Positions 1 to 8,738 of a stretch of 64,000 nt of DNA are shown one piece after another (position 1 is the stretch's first letter; each line of letters opens with the position of its first letter). The notes under the pieces were generated by a model. That model ran no database searches. It was not told where the DNA came from and saw only the letters and a list, made by a program, of their open reading frames with translations. Where the stretch lies: positions 161,284 through 225,283 of the forward strand of contig JAQTYI010000002.1 in the NCBI GenBank assembly GCA_028688325.1, read 5' to 3'. The position numbers and the translations under genes are program-made. This DNA is from Candidatus Portnoybacteria bacterium (lineage in GTDB: Bacteria; Patescibacteriota; Minisyncoccia; Portnoybacterales; GWB1-42-6).

Positions 1-447
1 CCATCTATTAATTGTTTCTTTAACCGCTGGCTGACCGCGCGGACCGCGTCGGCCCGCGGCAAAACATATTTAACGATAATTTTTCGCAAATCTCTGTATT
101 TTTCAAAACCGTGAACTTGGATTTCCAAGCCAACCCCGAATTCTTCAGCCAGCATTAAGCCAAGCAAAGATAGATAATACTGGTCTTGCGCCGTTATCGC
201 CTTGATTGCTCCTTTGTTAAGCAATATTTTGGCTGTTTTATAAATATTAAAAAACTGCGTTATTTTGTTGCCGCCGCCAGAGCCGTAAACCTTTACTTTT
301 TCCGATAATTCGATCTTTTCTTTTTTTACACTTGGCACTATGATCGTATATTCTTCAACTAAATTACCATAGTCAATAGCTCTCCGCGCTAAAGCGGAAT
401 TTTTGTCCAGAATCGAAGCGTCCAACCCCAAAGATAATATTTTCATA
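1..447 (-). CDS. Glycosyltransferase (GT4-like N-terminal domain), partial; C-terminus lies beyond the window edge
   Basis: Minus-strand reading frame begins at ATG (445-447) and runs to the window edge; translation MKILSLGLDASILDKNSALARRAIDYGNLVEEYTIIVPSVKKEKIELSEKVKVYGSGGG... resembles the N-terminal Rossmann half of GT4/GT1-family glycosyltransferases. Starts immediately after the stop of the radical SAM gene, so likely same operon. Not in the ORF track because it is truncated. Confidence 0.55.
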
Positions 448-1899
448 CTATTGACTGACAAATTTCTTGGCTAATTTATATTCTACGGGCCAAGCAAAAA
501 ATTTTAATTTCCAGCGCAGCTGGCAGATAAGAATAAATCCCAGCTTCAACAGCTTTTGCGCCTTGACGGAAGAACCCAGCGCCGATTTTATGCCGTGCGC
601 GCCAAAGCGCACGAAGGCCTCCGTCGATTCCACAAAATCCTTATCTTCTTTTTTCACCCAGGGAAAATTTTCCACGGACAAATAATTAATTTCGTTACGC
701 GACAATTCCGCCCATTCTTCCAGCGATTGCGGTTCTTTCCAGCCGCTGGCCACGCATTCATCATACAATTCCGAACCGGGATAAGGCCGGAACGCCTGCG
801 GGCCAAGTATCTGGATCTTGGGGCTCAATTTTATCAGTTTATCGATCAAATTCAAGGTCTCCATCATTTCCGAGCGCGCCTCGCCGGGCAACCCGATCAT
901 AAATGAGTATTGCGGAATTATGCCGTGACGCAAAGCGGCTTTGGCGGAAATTATCACATCTTCCGGATTTATGTCTTTTTTCATTTTTTTGAGCAGCCGC
1001 GGGCAGCCCGACTCGGCGCCGAAAGACAAAAGATAGCAGCCGCTTTTCTTCAGCTTGGCCATAAAATCATCGTCTATCATTCCCTCGCGAATATAGTTGG
1101 CGCGCACGGTCGTCTCCCAAGGAATTACCAAATCGTTTTTTATCATACCATCTATAATGGCTCTGGCGCGCGCCATATCCACAAAAAAATTTTCGTCCCA
1201 AAAACGCAGGGGCTTGCCGGCAAAATACGGCTTGCTTTTGATTATACGCAAGTCCTCCAGCACTTGCTGGGCGGTTCTTGGCCGCCAGGAATTTTTCAAA
1301 ATTGCGTTGATGCAAAAGGAACAGCGGTGCGGACAGCCCCGCGAGGTGAGTGAAGGGATCAAAGTCAGCCGCTCCAAAATTTCCCGCGGTACCAATTCCC
1401 AATCAAACAGCGGCATTTGGGCGGGGTCGTGAAGCGCGCGGGCCTTATTTGAAAATATCCGGCCCCTCTCTTTATAAACCGCGCCGGCCACTTCGCTGAT
1501 TTTTTTTCCGCTGGCAATTTCCAAGATCGTCTCTTCCCCCTCGCCCACCGCCACAATGTCTATCAGGCCGCTTTTTATGGTCTGTTCCGGAAAAAAAGTC
1601 GGATGCGGCCCACCCCAGATTATTTTGCACTCCGGATTAAGCTCCCTGATTATTTTGGATATCTCCAATGCCTGGCCGACCTGCATAGTCATCACCGAAA
1701 AAGCCGCCGCGCCGCTCTTGGGAACTTCCGTTTTTAAGCGCTCCAAAAAATTCGGCTGTCTGGCTCCGTCCAGTATTTCCATGGGCACGCCCTTGCTTTT
1801 CAAATACGAAGCCATGCTTAACAGTCCGACCGACAATGAAGTGTCGTAAACGGCTTTGGCGATATTGAAGGGCGGATTGATTAATAGAATCTTGTTCAT
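448..1899 (-). CDS. B12-binding domain radical SAM protein (class B radical SAM, probable methyltransferase-type)
   Basis: 483 aa; N-terminal cobalamin-binding-like Rossmann region followed by canonical CxxxCxxC radical SAM motif (SRGCPHRCSFCIN). Confidence 0.85.
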   Translation of the reverse strand: MNKILLINPPFNIAKAVYDTSLSVGLLSMASYLKSKGVPMEILDGARQPNFLERLKTEVPKSGAAAFSVMTMQVGQALEISKIIRELNPECKIIWGGPHPTFFPEQTIKSGLIDIVAVGEGEETILEIASGKKISEVAGAVYKERGRIFSNKARALHDPAQMPLFDWELVPREILERLTLIPSLTSRGCPHRCSFCINAILKNSWRPRTAQQVLEDLRIIKSKPYFAGKPLRFWDENFFVDMARARAIIDGMIKNDLVIPWETTVRANYIREGMIDDDFMAKLKKSGCYLLSFGAESGCPRLLKKMKKDINPEDVIISAKAALRHGIIPQYSFMIGLPGEARSEMMETLNLIDKLIKLSPKIQILGPQAFRPYPGSELYDECVASGWKEPQSLEEWAELSRNEINYLSVENFPWVKKEDKDFVESTEAFVRFGAHGIKSALGSSVKAQKLLKLGFILICQLRWKLKFFAWPVEYKLAKKFVSQ

Positions 1900-2009
1900 A
1901 ATTTCTAATTATTCTAATTTTTAATTGACCTAATCAAATTCCAATGTCTAATTTCTAACCTCCGCCATTGGGCATTGATTAGAAATTGGGTTAATTAGGA
2001 ATTAGAAAT
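1900..2009. repeat. AT-rich imperfect palindromic word-repeat intergenic element (ttctaatt/aattagaa words; copy 1 of a family, see also 19737-19850)
   Basis: Sequence ttctaattattctaatttttaattgacctaat...ccaatgtctaat...attagaaattgggttaattaggaattagaaatt; closely homologous to 19737-19850 over about 110 bp; arms are inverted repeats of each other. Confidence 0.7.
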
Positions 2010-3191
2010 TTAAATACTCTTTATCACCTCCACCGTTTCTGCCACCAACTTTTTCCATTTAAATTTTTCCAGCGTCTTTTTGCCATTTTGGATGAATTTT
2101 TCCCGCAAGGCCTCGTCGTTCAAAAGCGTTTTGACGGCCGTTATCCAAGCTTTTTGGTCGTTATATGGCACGAGCAACCCGTTTTCCCCGCTTTGAACGA
2201 CTTCCGCGTTGCCGCCGATGGATGTAGCGATAACCGGCAAACCGACGGCCATGGCGTTGAGCACAGAATGGGGCAAGCCCTCATAGTTGGTATTTAAAAC
2301 GAATATCGTGGAGCGGCTGAAAATCTTATGGCTCTCCGGCTCGCTCACCCGGCCGCGAAATTTAACATTTTGCTCGATGCTCAATTTCCGCGCCTGCTCT
2401 TTCAAGGATTCCATTTCGGGCCCGTCGCCCAGCACCTCAAAAATGATATCGGGAATCTCTTTTTTCAGCTCAGCGACGACATCAAGCATCACCCCTACGC
2501 CTTTCCAAGGCATGAGGCGCCCCGCAAAGACCAAAGTTGGCGCCATCGGCCTGGTCTTTTGCGGCAGCTCGCCGAAAAAATCCACCGCGTTATAGATAAC
2601 GCGGATATTTTTTTCCGCCGCGCCGATCGCTTTGGCGATACCGGCGATGAAATTGCTTACCGCAATGACCCTGTCGGCGCCGGCCAGTATCTTCGCCCGC
2701 CGTTTTTTCATTTTCTCTATCCGGCGGCCGTATTTTTTATTCTGGAAATCGACAATATAATCTTTGATCCAACCGCACGCCGAGGCCGTCTCCCAAGCGC
2801 TGTCGCCGGCAAAGCGGATGATGTATTTTTTGCCGGTAAGTTTTTTTATCAGATAAGCGAAATAACCCACACTGTAAGTATCGGTGGCATAAATAATATC
2901 GCACCGGCCGGACAGGCGCCACATCCGCCAAAAATACGAGATCTTGGAGCAAGGCGATTGCCTGCTTATCCGCCAAACCATGCCTTCACGCTTTTCCTGT
3001 TCGCTCAAAGCCGTGTCCGAATAAGTGATGACTTTAATGTCCATACCGGCCTTTTTCAGGGCTCCGGGCAATTCCGTCAGCAAAGTGGCCGGGCCACCCA
3101 GGTCCGGAGGATAAATGCCAGTGGCGATCAAAATTTTTACCTGTCCGTTATGTTTGCCGGTCATAAACCATTTCTTTCGGCTTGAAAACAA
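2010..3191 (-). CDS. Glycosyltransferase family 4 (GT1/GT4 superfamily)
   Basis: 393 aa; typical GT4 architecture with C-terminal EX7E-like region (NTNYEGLPHSVLNAMAVGLPVIATSIGGNAEVV). True start may be the internal Met (MTGKHNGQVKILIATG...). Confidence 0.85.
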   Translation of the reverse strand: MFSSRKKWFMTGKHNGQVKILIATGIYPPDLGGPATLLTELPGALKKAGMDIKVITYSDTALSEQEKREGMVWRISRQSPCSKISYFWRMWRLSGRCDIIYATDTYSVGYFAYLIKKLTGKKYIIRFAGDSAWETASACGWIKDYIVDFQNKKYGRRIEKMKKRRAKILAGADRVIAVSNFIAGIAKAIGAAEKNIRVIYNAVDFFGELPQKTRPMAPTLVFAGRLMPWKGVGVMLDVVAELKKEIPDIIFEVLGDGPEMESLKEQARKLSIEQNVKFRGRVSEPESHKIFSRSTIFVLNTNYEGLPHSVLNAMAVGLPVIATSIGGNAEVVQSGENGLLVPYNDQKAWITAVKTLLNDEALREKFIQNGKKTLEKFKWKKLVAETVEVIKSI

Positions 3192-3582
3192 AAGCCCCGT
3201 AGGCGATGAAATTCCATATCGCTATCAGCGCGGCCGCGAAAACTTGCGCCAACAGATACCAAATGCCGAAAATATCCACCAAAAGGTACATCAGGCCCGT
3301 ATTGGCCGTTAAGCTTATCAAAGCGACCAAGAGATAAACGGCCATCTGTTTTTTCATCATTCCCCGGCTCTTGTCCTGAAAGGTCCATAATTTCTGCAGA
3401 AAAAAACTGACGAAAAAGGCCACGACAAAAGACGCGGCGGCCGAAAACAGATACCAGACCCCCAACCAGTCGGTAAAAACAAAAAGCAGCGCCAAGTTAA
3501 CGCCGGTGGCGGTGCCGCCGGCGATCAGATATCTTAATATTTTTTTTCTTTTGGCCAGTTGTTCCTTCAAAAAATCCATCAT
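3148..3582 (-). CDS. GtrA-family membrane protein (polysaccharide synthesis/translocation accessory)
   Basis: 144 aa, 4 predicted TM helices; N-terminal motif LRYLIAGGTATGVNLALLFVFTDWLG characteristic of GtrA-like proteins. Overlaps the downstream GT by 44 nt. Confidence 0.7.
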   Translation of the reverse strand: MMDFLKEQLAKRKKILRYLIAGGTATGVNLALLFVFTDWLGVWYLFSAAASFVVAFFVSFFLQKLWTFQDKSRGMMKKQMAVYLLVALISLTANTGLMYLLVDIFGIWYLLAQVFAAALIAIWNFIAYGAFVFKPKEMVYDRQT

Positions 3583-4739
3583 AAAGTTAACTGTGTGAAT
3601 GTTTCTTTCATCTGCGCGGCGATTTTATTCCAGCTGTATTGTTCCTGAACCAGCACTCTGCCGTTGATGATGAGCTTGGAATGCAAGGCGTGGTCGGCCA
3701 GCAATAGATTTATTTTTTCCGCTATGCTTTGGGAGTCCGAAACCTCGCAAAAAAGACCGGTTGGCGCTTGCCCCGAGTTTACCGAGGGATCGCGTAAAAA
3801 ATCCGGTATGCCGCCGACTTTTGTGCCGATTATCGGCACGCCCGCGGCCATGGCTTCCAAAAAAACATTGCCCAGCCCCTCGGCCAGCGACGGCCGGACA
3901 AATACATCGGCAATCGCCAAAAATTGCGGCACTTTATCGTGGGGCACATCGCCTAAAAATAATACCCTGTCGTTTAATCCCGAATTTTTAACCCGCGCCT
4001 TTAATTCCCGTTCCAGCGAACCGCTTCCCAAAATCAACAATTTAACCTCGGCCGGCAAATGCGACATCGCTTTGATCAGGTCGGCAATGCCATTTTTTTC
4101 CACCAGGCGCGAAACCGTGACAATAACTTTTTCTTGAATGGTTATACCCAGGCGCGATCTTAATTCCTGCTTGTTGCCGCCCGGCGTCTGAAATTTATTT
4201 ATATCCACGCCGTTCGGTACGATGGCTATTTGGCTTTTGGCGCCGTGCGCCAGCGCGAATTCCTTGAGATACCGGCTGATAGCCGTGATGAGATCGGCGC
4301 TAACGAACATTTTTTTATAATACGGCCCGAGCCATAAAGCGCGGGAAGCGATATGTTCGGGAGTGTCTCCTTCCTGCAAGGTTAAAACATACGGCACGCT
4401 CTTTAACTTATTTTTAAAAAATAGCGCGGCCAAACCGCCAAAAGACGCCATGATGGCCCAAGCGATATCGTACGGCTCCTGCCGGTGCAATTTTTCGGCC
4501 AGCGCCGCTCCGCGCCAAGGCAATAAAAATTTATCCAGTTTTCCCCAACCCCAACCCGCGCGATAGACATTAATTTTGCCCACTTTCTCCTGCTTGGGCA
4601 AATTCCTTTTTATCCGCGCGCAGATGAGGTCAAAAACAAAATCGCCGCCGAGCCGATCGGTAATTTCTTTAACCGCTATCTCAGCGCCCCCTATTAAAGG
4701 CAGATAAGCAGTGGAAAATATTAAAATTCTCTTTATCAT
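3579..4739 (-). CDS. Glycosyltransferase family 4
   Basis: 386 aa; GT4 Rossmann folds, C-terminal EAMAAGVPIIGTKVGGIPDFL motif; 4-nt overlap with the GtrA gene. Confidence 0.85.
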   Translation of the reverse strand: MIKRILIFSTAYLPLIGGAEIAVKEITDRLGGDFVFDLICARIKRNLPKQEKVGKINVYRAGWGWGKLDKFLLPWRGAALAEKLHRQEPYDIAWAIMASFGGLAALFFKNKLKSVPYVLTLQEGDTPEHIASRALWLGPYYKKMFVSADLITAISRYLKEFALAHGAKSQIAIVPNGVDINKFQTPGGNKQELRSRLGITIQEKVIVTVSRLVEKNGIADLIKAMSHLPAEVKLLILGSGSLERELKARVKNSGLNDRVLFLGDVPHDKVPQFLAIADVFVRPSLAEGLGNVFLEAMAAGVPIIGTKVGGIPDFLRDPSVNSGQAPTGLFCEVSDSQSIAEKINLLLADHALHSKLIINGRVLVQEQYSWNKIAAQMKETFTQLTL

Positions 4740-4913
4740 AAAGATAATTATAATTTTGATTCTCGCCCGCCGATTAGCAAAAGACCGGCAACAGAAAACC
4801 CAGCACTCTCTCGTTGCCTTTTATTTATCTGATTATCGCACAAATAGGACAAAATATCAAATAAAAAACAGGCCTGTAAAGAGCCCATTTTTTGCCATTT
4901 TTTAATAAAATTT

Positions 4914-6728
4914 TTACTCCAAACCTATCTCTTTTTTGTATTCCGCGAGCCACTCCAGCAAATTTATCGTCGGCTCCCAGCCCAAAAGCTCTTTGGCCAA
5001 GGAATTATCCGCTAATGTTTCTTTGGGCTCGATCCTGGGTGAAATATTTATTCTTGGTCCGCCGATGATTCCGGCTATTTGATTGACGCTATGATTGCTT
5101 CCCCGGCCGATATTTATCACTTCGCCCTTGCCGACATTGGAGCTGTTGGCCGCCAAGATATTGGCGCGCACCACATCGGCAACGCCGGTAAAATCGCGCT
5201 TCTGCTCGCCGTCGCCCACTATGGTCATCGGCTTTCCCGCCAAGCGCTGCCTGACAAATATTCCCAATACCAAAGTATAAGCCCCTTCCAAGGGCTGGCG
5301 CCGGCCGTAAACATTGAAATAACGCAAGGCGACCGTCGGCAGGCCGTAGAGCTCGGAAAATAGCCGGCAATATTGTTCGCCCATATGCTTTTGCATGGCG
5401 TAAGGGCTCATGGGATTGGTCGGCATATCTTCGCGCAAAGGCATTTTTTCCTGGTCGCCGTAAGCGGAAGAAGAAGCGGAGTAGATGACTTTTTTCACTT
5501 TTGCGTCACGGCTGGCGACCAAAACATTCAAAGTGCCGTTTAAATTGACATCATTGGAGCCGACCGGATCCTGGATCGACGGCTGCACGCGGGGCCTCGC
5601 CGCCAAATGAAAAACATAATCCACGCCTTCAAACAGCGGCTTGATGGCATTTAGATTCCTGATGTCCTCTTGATAAAGCTTGGCTCCGGGATTCAGATAT
5701 TCGCGCTTGCCGGCTGAAAGATCATCTATCACAATAACCTCATTGCCCCGACTGACCAGTTCGTCAACCAGATGAGAGCCGATAAAACCCGCGCCGCCCG
5801 TCACCAGGCATTTGGCCGATCTCTTTTTTTGAGACGGAACGGGAAACAGCGAGCGATTCAAAGCGTCGTTAAATACCTCCTCTCCATAAACTCCGGACAG
5901 CAAGTCCAGGTCTTTTTTGCTCGAAATCAGCAAATCAATATTCTTATTTTTAACGCTTTCCAAAACATCTTTTCCCAGAGAGTCGCCGACCATCTCTTCG
6001 TAGAATTTATGAAAAGCCGCAAAATCCTTGATAAAACAGTGGCCGCCCGCCCCCCGGCCGCTTTTGTGGATCGGGTCCAGATGCGTCCGGCCGATGCGCC
6101 AATCAGCCGCCATCGCGTCCCTGACCACTTCCCAGCGAGCGCCGGATTTGGCGACAAGATCAAAAAACATATTTATAAAAACCACTTTAAAATAGAACCA
6201 GTTATTGCCGCCATATTTTATTAGCTCCGCTTCGCGTGAAGAACACACCAAAGAATACGGGGCATAAGGCAAAACTTTCATCGCTTCTTGAGCTGCCCGG
6301 CGAAAATCGGAATTATCTATCGGCAGACCGATAATGTTGCGTTGGGGATTGGCGGAGTCATGGGCAGCTGTGGCTTCAGTTAAAAATTCGGGCGAATGCA
6401 GAACAAAAATACCGGGATTTTCCTCCTGGATCTTTTCGGTAGCACCGGGCAGAACGGTCGACTTGATGACCGCGATCTTTCCCCGCCCGATCTTCTTTAT
6501 CACTTGCCGCAAAATAGCATCGTCAAAACCCCGAGGAGTGGTGGGCGTGGGCACGGCGATAAAAACAATATCGCACTCGCTTATGCCGTGACCATTCCGG
6601 ACATAAGGCTCTTCCAGAGCGTAACGGACAATATCAAAACCGCGCCGTTCGAAATCGTCGGCGTAGCTTTTACCTATCCATCCCTGGCCGATAAACCCTA
6701 TTTTTTTGTTCAAATTTTGCCCGTTCAT
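4914..6728 (-). CDS. Fusion protein: truncated UDP-glucose/GDP-mannose dehydrogenase-like N-terminal + central domain fused to NAD-dependent sugar epimerase/dehydratase (SDR)
   Basis: 604 aa. Residues 1-~290 carry GxGxxG (IGFIGQGWIGKS) and the catalytic-Cys motif GGHCFIKD of nucleotide-sugar dehydrogenases but lack the C-terminal UDP-binding domain. Residues ~300-604 are an extended SDR ([17 protein letters not shown]; YAMQK catalytic YxxxK) as in UDP-glucose/glucuronate 4-epimerases. Confidence 0.8.
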   Translation of the reverse strand: MNGQNLNKKIGFIGQGWIGKSYADDFERRGFDIVRYALEEPYVRNGHGISECDIVFIAVPTPTTPRGFDDAILRQVIKKIGRGKIAVIKSTVLPGATEKIQEENPGIFVLHSPEFLTEATAAHDSANPQRNIIGLPIDNSDFRRAAQEAMKVLPYAPYSLVCSSREAELIKYGGNNWFYFKVVFINMFFDLVAKSGARWEVVRDAMAADWRIGRTHLDPIHKSGRGAGGHCFIKDFAAFHKFYEEMVGDSLGKDVLESVKNKNIDLLISSKKDLDLLSGVYGEEVFNDALNRSLFPVPSQKKRSAKCLVTGGAGFIGSHLVDELVSRGNEVIVIDDLSAGKREYLNPGAKLYQEDIRNLNAIKPLFEGVDYVFHLAARPRVQPSIQDPVGSNDVNLNGTLNVLVASRDAKVKKVIYSASSSAYGDQEKMPLREDMPTNPMSPYAMQKHMGEQYCRLFSELYGLPTVALRYFNVYGRRQPLEGAYTLVLGIFVRQRLAGKPMTIVGDGEQKRDFTGVADVVRANILAANSSNVGKGEVINIGRGSNHSVNQIAGIIGGPRINISPRIEPKETLADNSLAKELLGWEPTINLLEWLAEYKKEIGLE

Positions 6729-6895
6729 CGCCGTAGAAATTATTATGCCGCAAAAAAGTTATTACTGATTTATTATCCTATATATAAATTGTCGAAAAGT
6801 CAATTAGGAAGACAAAAAAACCGCTGTTCTGCGCGGCTTACTATTTATCTTGCAAGAACTGGCTTTTTGACGCTTTTTACCCTAAAATATCGATA

Positions 6896-7100
6896 TGCGT
6901 AAAATCCTCTATATCATCACTCAATCGGAGCCGGGACGGCGCGTCGCCCCGCTAAAGCGGGACTCCCTAAAACCCCTCGGTTTTAGTATTTCCGCCAAGG
7001 GGGCGCTTCGCTCCCCCGCCACCCCCTCTGCGCGTCGCCAAAACAACTGATATCGCTTCACTCATATGAAAAAAATCATCTATATCATCACTCAATCGGA
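6896..7100 (+). other. Duplicated gene start (imperfect ~32-bp direct repeat) separated by a GC-rich ~130-bp insert; first copy gives a 25-codon truncated ORF
   Basis: atgcgtaaaatcctctatatcatcactcaatcggagc (6896-6932) vs atgaaaaaaatcatctatatcatcactcaatcggagc (7066-7102): MRKILYIITQSE / MKKIIYIITQSE. Intervening 6934-7065 is GC-rich (cgggacggcgcgtcgccccgctaaagcggg...gcgcgtcgccaaaac) unlike its surroundings. Confidence 0.6.
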
Positions 7101-8229
7101 GCTCGGCGGCGCGCAGGAAAATGTGCTTGATTTGGCCGCGGGACTGAGGGAAAAATACGATGTTTTGGTGGCGGCCGGGCCGGACGGCGGCGGCAAGCTT
7201 TTTAAGCAACTGGCCGACAATAAGATCAGCTTCCAGGAACTCAAGTGGCTCCGCCGCAGCGCGGCCAATCCATTTGCCGACATCGCGGGGCTGGTTGAAA
7301 TTTTCTCACTCTTGCTCAAGGAGCGCCCCGATGTTATCCATCTGCACAGCTCCAAAGCGGGCTTTTTGGGCTCGCTGGCCGGCAAGCTCGCCGGCGTCAA
7401 AGTTGTTTATACTGTCCATGGCGCGGTTTTTGAAGCGTCCTTTTCCGGGCTCGCCAGAAAATTTTTCCTGTATCTGGAAAAATTCAGCGCCCCGTTTAAA
7501 GATAAAATCATCTGCGTTTCTGCCAACGATAAAAAGCTTTGGCTAAAATACAATGCCGCTCCGGAAACCAAGTTGGCGATAGTTTACAACGGCATCGACC
7601 TTAAAACGGCTTTTTTACCCAAAGCAGAGGCGAAAGAATATCTGGCCAGCCAAAGCGCCAACTTTTTTGAAGCACTGCGCGGCTCAAACGAAAAATTAAG
7701 AATCGTCGGCACGGTTGCCAATTTCTTTCCGGAGAAGGGGTTGCCTTATCTTATCGAAGCAGCCGATGTCCTTATCAATAAAAAACAAATAAAAAATATT
7801 ATTTTTGCGATAATGGGCGAAGGGCCCCAGCGACTTCTGCTTAAAGAGATGCTGGAAGAGCGCGGATTAGCTGATAAGTTCATACTGCTTGGAACGGTTG
7901 CCAATCCTTTTAAATATTTAAAGGCCTTCGATGTTTTCACGCAACCGTCAACAAAAGAAGGATTGCCCTACGCCATTTTATGGGCCATGGCCGCGGAATT
8001 GCCGATTGTCGCCTCGCATGTCGGCGGCATTCCCGAAATGGTGAAAAACGGCGATAACGGCTTCTTGATTTTCCCGCGCGATACCGATACATTGGCCGAA
8101 AAGATCCTTGAGTTGCTGAGCAATCACGCGCTAAGCCAAAAATTCACCTTCAACTCCCGGCAAAAGATCAGGGAATTTTCCCTGGATAAAATGATAGCGG
8201 CCACGGAAAAGATATATCTGGAAAAATAA
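7066..8229 (+). CDS. Glycosyltransferase family 4
   Basis: 387 aa; GT4 motifs (EGLPYAILWAMAAELPIVASHVGGIPEMV). One of only three plus-strand genes in the window. Confidence 0.85.
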   Translation: MKKIIYIITQSELGGAQENVLDLAAGLREKYDVLVAAGPDGGGKLFKQLADNKISFQELKWLRRSAANPFADIAGLVEIFSLLLKERPDVIHLHSSKAGFLGSLAGKLAGVKVVYTVHGAVFEASFSGLARKFFLYLEKFSAPFKDKIICVSANDKKLWLKYNAAPETKLAIVYNGIDLKTAFLPKAEAKEYLASQSANFFEALRGSNEKLRIVGTVANFFPEKGLPYLIEAADVLINKKQIKNIIFAIMGEGPQRLLLKEMLEERGLADKFILLGTVANPFKYLKAFDVFTQPSTKEGLPYAILWAMAAELPIVASHVGGIPEMVKNGDNGFLIFPRDTDTLAEKILELLSNHALSQKFTFNSRQKIREFSLDKMIAATEKIYLEK

Positions 8230-8235
8230 CTGAAA

Positions 8236-8268
8236 CAAAAAACCACCTTACTCGAAGGTGTTTTTTTG
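8236..8268 (+). terminator. Rho-independent terminator after the plus-strand GT gene
   Basis: caccttactcgaaggtg hairpin followed by ttttttt, 7 nt after the stop codon. Confidence 0.65.
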
Positions 8269-8344
8269 TTTAATTCCCGAACCTCAATTTCAAATTTCCA
8301 ATAAAATCCCAAATCTCAATTATCAATTATCAATTATCAAAAAA
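8265..8344. repeat. AT-rich word-repeat intergenic element (caattatcaat words)
   Basis: ccaataaaatcccaaatctcaattatcaattatcaattatcaa; shares words with 10958-11118, 13189-13297 and 20380-20573. Confidence 0.55.
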
Positions 8345-8716
8345 TTATTTCGACTTATTGATAATCGAGGAAAAGATAAAAACAAGCTCTTGGCGTTCTT
8401 TCCATAGGGTCCGGCAATCTTGCTGATTTAATGGACAAGCTTTAGCTATCATTCTTAACCAATGCATTGTTTCTTTGGCCTCTTTCCGAGAAATCGCAAG
8501 CTTATGTTTGAAATCTTTTTTAGATTCGCCGGCATCCGCTTCCGTATAGTTTGCGCCGATACTCGTCCCCGATCTGACTATTTGGCCGATCAAAGGCCTC
8601 GTTACTTCGTCTTTTTTTATTAATCGGGCAAATTCAATAATATTTTCACCCAATAAAGCGGTTCTTTCCAAAAGGTCATATTTTTTGTTATTGGAAATTG
8701 GGATTTTATTTGACAT
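8345..8716 (-). CDS. Four-helix-bundle protein (23S rRNA intervening-sequence protein family)
   Basis: 123 aa; family motifs SGTSIGANYTEADAGESKKDFKHKLAISRKEAKETMHWLRM. Confidence 0.8.
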   Translation of the reverse strand: MSNKIPISNNKKYDLLERTALLGENIIEFARLIKKDEVTRPLIGQIVRSGTSIGANYTEADAGESKKDFKHKLAISRKEAKETMHWLRMIAKACPLNQQDCRTLWKERQELVFIFSSIINKSK

Positions 8717-8738
8717 TAAGATTTAGTCATTGGTCATT

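Noticed and set aside
2328-3185. 285-aa plus-strand ORF and several other long antisense ORFs in the track (e.g. 25611-26261, 39425-40204, 54247-54957, 49101-49793)
   Set aside because: They lie wholly inside well-supported minus-strand genes (GT4, ClpB, ABC-F, DUF4012 protein, MurJ) and have low-complexity or Arg/Pro-rich translations typical of shadow ORFs.
6934-7065. Insertion sequence or transposase at the duplicated GT start
   Set aside because: The insert is only ~130 bp with no ORF. It is treated as a small non-autonomous insert or duplication scar, not an IS.
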